The translations under genes were made by a program, and so were the position numbers. The notes under the pieces are model-generated. The model saw nothing but the letters and a program-made list of their open reading frames with translations, was not told the origin of the DNA and made no database searches. From Nemertoderma westbladi (Eukaryota > Animalia > Xenacoelomorpha), in NCBI GenBank assembly GCA_032718475.1, contig JAUCBJ010005463.1:6875-70874 (forward strand): a stretch of DNA of 64,000 nt, in the 5' to 3' direction. Shown here in pieces: positions 60,933 through 64,000 of this stretch. The number at the start of each line of letters is the position of its first letter. The stretch's first letter is position 1.

Positions 60933-63770
60933 GTCCTAACCTTTGTTCCTCAGTTATTTTAGCCGCTGTCCTAACCTTTGTTCCTTAGCTTTAGTTTAAC
61001 CGCTGTCCTAACCTTTGTTCCTCAGTTAGTTTAGCCGCTGTCCTAACCTTTGTTCCTTAGCTTTAGTTTAACCGCTGTCCTAACCTTTGTTCCGCAGTTA
61101 GTTTAACCGCTGTCCTAACCTTTGTTTCTCAGTTAGTTGAACCGCGGTCCTAACCTTTGTTCCTCAGTTAGTTTAACCGCTGTCCTAACCTTTGTTCCTC
61201 AGTTAGTTTAACCGCTGTCCTAACCTTTGTTCCTTAGCTTTAGTTTAACCGCTGTCCTAACCTTTGTTCCTTAGCTTTAGTTTAACCGCTGTCCTAACCT
61301 TTGTTCCTCAATTAGTTTAACCGCTGTCCTAACCTTTGTTCCTCAGTTAGTTTAGCCGCTGTCCTAACCTTTGTTCCTCAGTTAGTTTAACCGCTGTCCT
61401 AACCTTTGTTCCTCAGTTAGTTTAACCGCTGTCCTAACCTTTGTTCCTCAGTTAGTTTAACCGCTGTCCTAACCTTTGTTCCTCAGTTAGTTTAGCCGCT
61501 GTCCTAACTTTTGTTCCTTAGCTTTAGTTTAACCGCTGTCCTAACCTTTGTTCCCCACTTAGTTTAACCGCTGTCCTAACCTTTGTTCCTCAGTTAGTTT
61601 AACCGCTGTCCTAACCTTTGTTCCTCAGTTAGTTTAACCGCTGTCCTAACCTTTGTTCCTCAGTTAGTTTAGCCGCTGTCCTAACCTTTGTTCCTCAGTT
61701 AGTTTAACCGCTGTCCTAACCTTTGTTCCTTAGCTTTAGTTTAGCCGCTGTCCTAACTTTTGTTCCTTAGCTTTAGTTTAACCGCTGTCCTAACCTTTGT
61801 TCCCCACTTAGTTTAACCGCTGTCCTAACCTTTGTTCCTCACTTAGTTTAACCGCTGTCCTAACCTTTGTTCCTCAGTTAGTTTAGCCGCTGTCCTAACC
61901 TTTGTTCCTCAGTTAGTTTAACCGCTGTCCTAACCTTTGTTCCTTAGCTTTAGTTTAGCCGCTGTCCTAACCTTTGTTCCTTAGCTTTAGTTTAACCGCT
62001 GTCCTAACCTTTGTTCCTTAGCTTTAGTTTAACAGCTGTCCTAACCTTTGTTCCTCAGTTAGTTTAACCGCTGTCCTAACCTTTGTTCCTTAGCTTTAGT
62101 TTAACCGCTGTCCTAACCTTTGTTCCTTAGCTTTAGTTTAACCGCTGTCCTAACCTTTGTTCCTTAGCTTTAGTTTAACCGCTGTCCTAACCTTTGTTCC
62201 TTAGCTTTAGTTTAACCGCTGTCCTAACCTTTGTTCTTTAGCTTTAGTTTAACCGCTGTCCTAACCTTTGTTCCTTAGCTTTAGTTTAACAGCTGTCCTA
62301 ACCTTTGTTCCTCAGTTAGTTTAACCGCTGTCCTAACCTTTGTTCCTTAGCTTTAGTTTAACCGCTGTCCTAACCTTTGTTCCTTAGCTTTAGTTTAACC
62401 GCTGTCCTAACCTTTGTTCCTTAGCTTTAGTTTAACCGCTGTCCTAACCTTTGTTCCTTAGCTTTAGTTTAACAGCTGTCCTAACCTTTGTTCCTCAGTT
62501 AGTTTAACCGCTGTCCTAACCTTTGTTCCTTAGCTTTAGTTTAACCGCTGTCCTAACCTTTGTTCCTTAGCTTTAGTTTAACCGCTGTCCTAACCTTTGT
62601 TCCTTAGCTTTAGTTTAACCGCTGTCCTAACCTTTGTTCCTTAGCTTTAGTTTAACAGCTGTCCTAACCTTTGTTCCTCAGTTAGTTTAACCGCTGTCCT
62701 AACCTTTGTTCCTTAGCTTTAGTTTAACCGCTGTCCTAACCTTTGTTCCTTAGCTTTAGTTTAACCGCTGTCCTAACCTTTGTTCCTTAGCTTTAGTTTA
62801 ACCGCTGTCCTAACCTTTGTTCCTTAGCTTTAGTTTAACAGCTGTCCTAACCTTTGTTCCTCAGTTAGTTTAACCGCTGTCCTAACCTTTGTTCCTTAGC
62901 TTTAGTTTAACCGCTGTCCTAACCTTTGTTCCTTAGCTTTAGTTTAACCGCTGTCCTAACCTTTGTTCCTTAGCTTTAGTTTAACCGCTGTCCTAACCTT
63001 TGTTCCTTAGCTTTAGTTTAACAGCTGTCCTAACCTTTGTTCCTCAGTTAGTTTAACCGCTGTCCTAACCTTTGTTCCTTAGCTTTAGTTTAACCGCTGT
63101 CCTAACCTTTGTTCCTTAGCTTTAGTTTAACAGCTGTCCTAACCTTTGTTCCTCAGTTAGTTTAACCGCTGTCCTAACCTTTGTTCCTTAGCTTTAGTTT
63201 AACCGCTGTCCTAACCTTTGTTCCTTAGCTTTAGTTTAACCGCTGTCCTAACCTTTGTTCCTTAGCTTTAGTTTAACCGCTGTCCTAACCTTTGTTCCTT
63301 AGCTTTAGTTTAACAGCTGTCCTAACCTTTGTTCCTCAGTTAGTTTAACCGCTGTCCTAACCTTTGTTCCTTAGCTTTAGTTTAACCGCTGTCCTAACCT
63401 TTGTTCCTTAGCTTTAGTTTAACCGCTGTCCTAACCTTTGTTCCTTAGCTTTAGTTTAACCGCTGTCCTAACCTTTGTTCCTTAGCTTTAGTTTAACCGC
63501 TGTCCTAACCTTTGTTCCTTAGCTTTAGTTTAACCGCTGTCCTAACCTTTGTTCCTTAGCTTTGGTTTAACCGCTGTCCTAACTTTTGTTCCTTAGCTTT
63601 AGTTTAACAGCTGTCCTAACCTTTGTTCCTCAGTTAGTTTAACCGCTGTCCTAACCTTTGTTCCTTAGCTTTAGTTTAACCGCTGTCCTAACTTTTGTTC
63701 CTTAGCTTTAGTTTAACCGCTGTCCTAACTTTTGTTCCTTAGCTTTAGTTTAACCGCTGTCCTAACTTTT
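60933..63770. repeat. Satellite array of 35-bp and 37-bp monomers
   Basis: CCGCTGTCCTAACCTTTGTTCCTCAGTTAGTTTAA (35) and CCGCTGTCCTAACCTTTGTTCCTTAGCTTTAGTTTAA (37), about 78 units. Confidence 0.97.
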
Positions 63771-64000
63771 ATTTTTGAGTTAGTCTGGCCGCGTTCTATC
63801 GATATTATACAGTAGTATATTGTACTCTGTTACATTAAGCATATAAAATTAATTATAATGATCTAATGCAAATAAGTCATACACTAAAACCAGTTGCGAT
63901 CCCGATCAGTGACTCACCAACACACCACAATTTGCCAATTAATAGCTAATTGATTGCAATGTATTGTTGGTGGGATCTAAGTTCGCTTCCGAATAATTAC

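Larger units (their letters stand above)
58278..61131. repeat. 1427-bp tandem duplication (58278-59704 and 59705-61131)
   Basis: Both units start TAACCTGGATGATAG and end CTTTGTTTCTCA; no differences seen by eye. Confidence 0.92.

Noticed and set aside
60933-63770. CRISPR-like array (35-37 bp periodicity)
   Set aside because: Monomers are head-to-tail with no unique spacers, there are no cas genes, and the context is eukaryotic: it is a satellite.

Overview
Eukaryotic (invertebrate animal-like) genomic DNA. Bases 1-45 kb are a stack of nested retroelements. An old LINE (minus strand, fragments from ~10.6 kb to ~45 kb) is interrupted by a Gag-protease-only LTR element (C, 10961-18260) and by a solo LTR (TSD AGTTT). 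A 22.7-kb BEL/Pao element of the same family as that solo LTR (B, 20020-42774, TSD ATCGT) is inserted into it. B itself carries a LINE 3' fragment, an unclassified 1-kb insert and a 4.9-kb internal tandem duplication. A sister BEL/Pao copy (A, 1-8490, + strand) has lost RT and integrase by in-frame deletions. Both A and B carry an extra ORF between pol and the 3' LTR with zinc knuckles and a basic tail. B has no tRNA-type PBS, but has a 12-nt sequence at the PBS position that is perfectly complementary to a site inside its own LTR, suggesting Tf1-like self-priming. Bases 45-64 kb hold host genes: the first four coding exons of a Vav gene (+), an intronless NEURL4 and two identical tandem intronless MED8 copies (-, apparently inside a Vav intron), and a 35/37-bp satellite with a 183-bp higher-order repeat. 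All calls are by eye, with no database searches.
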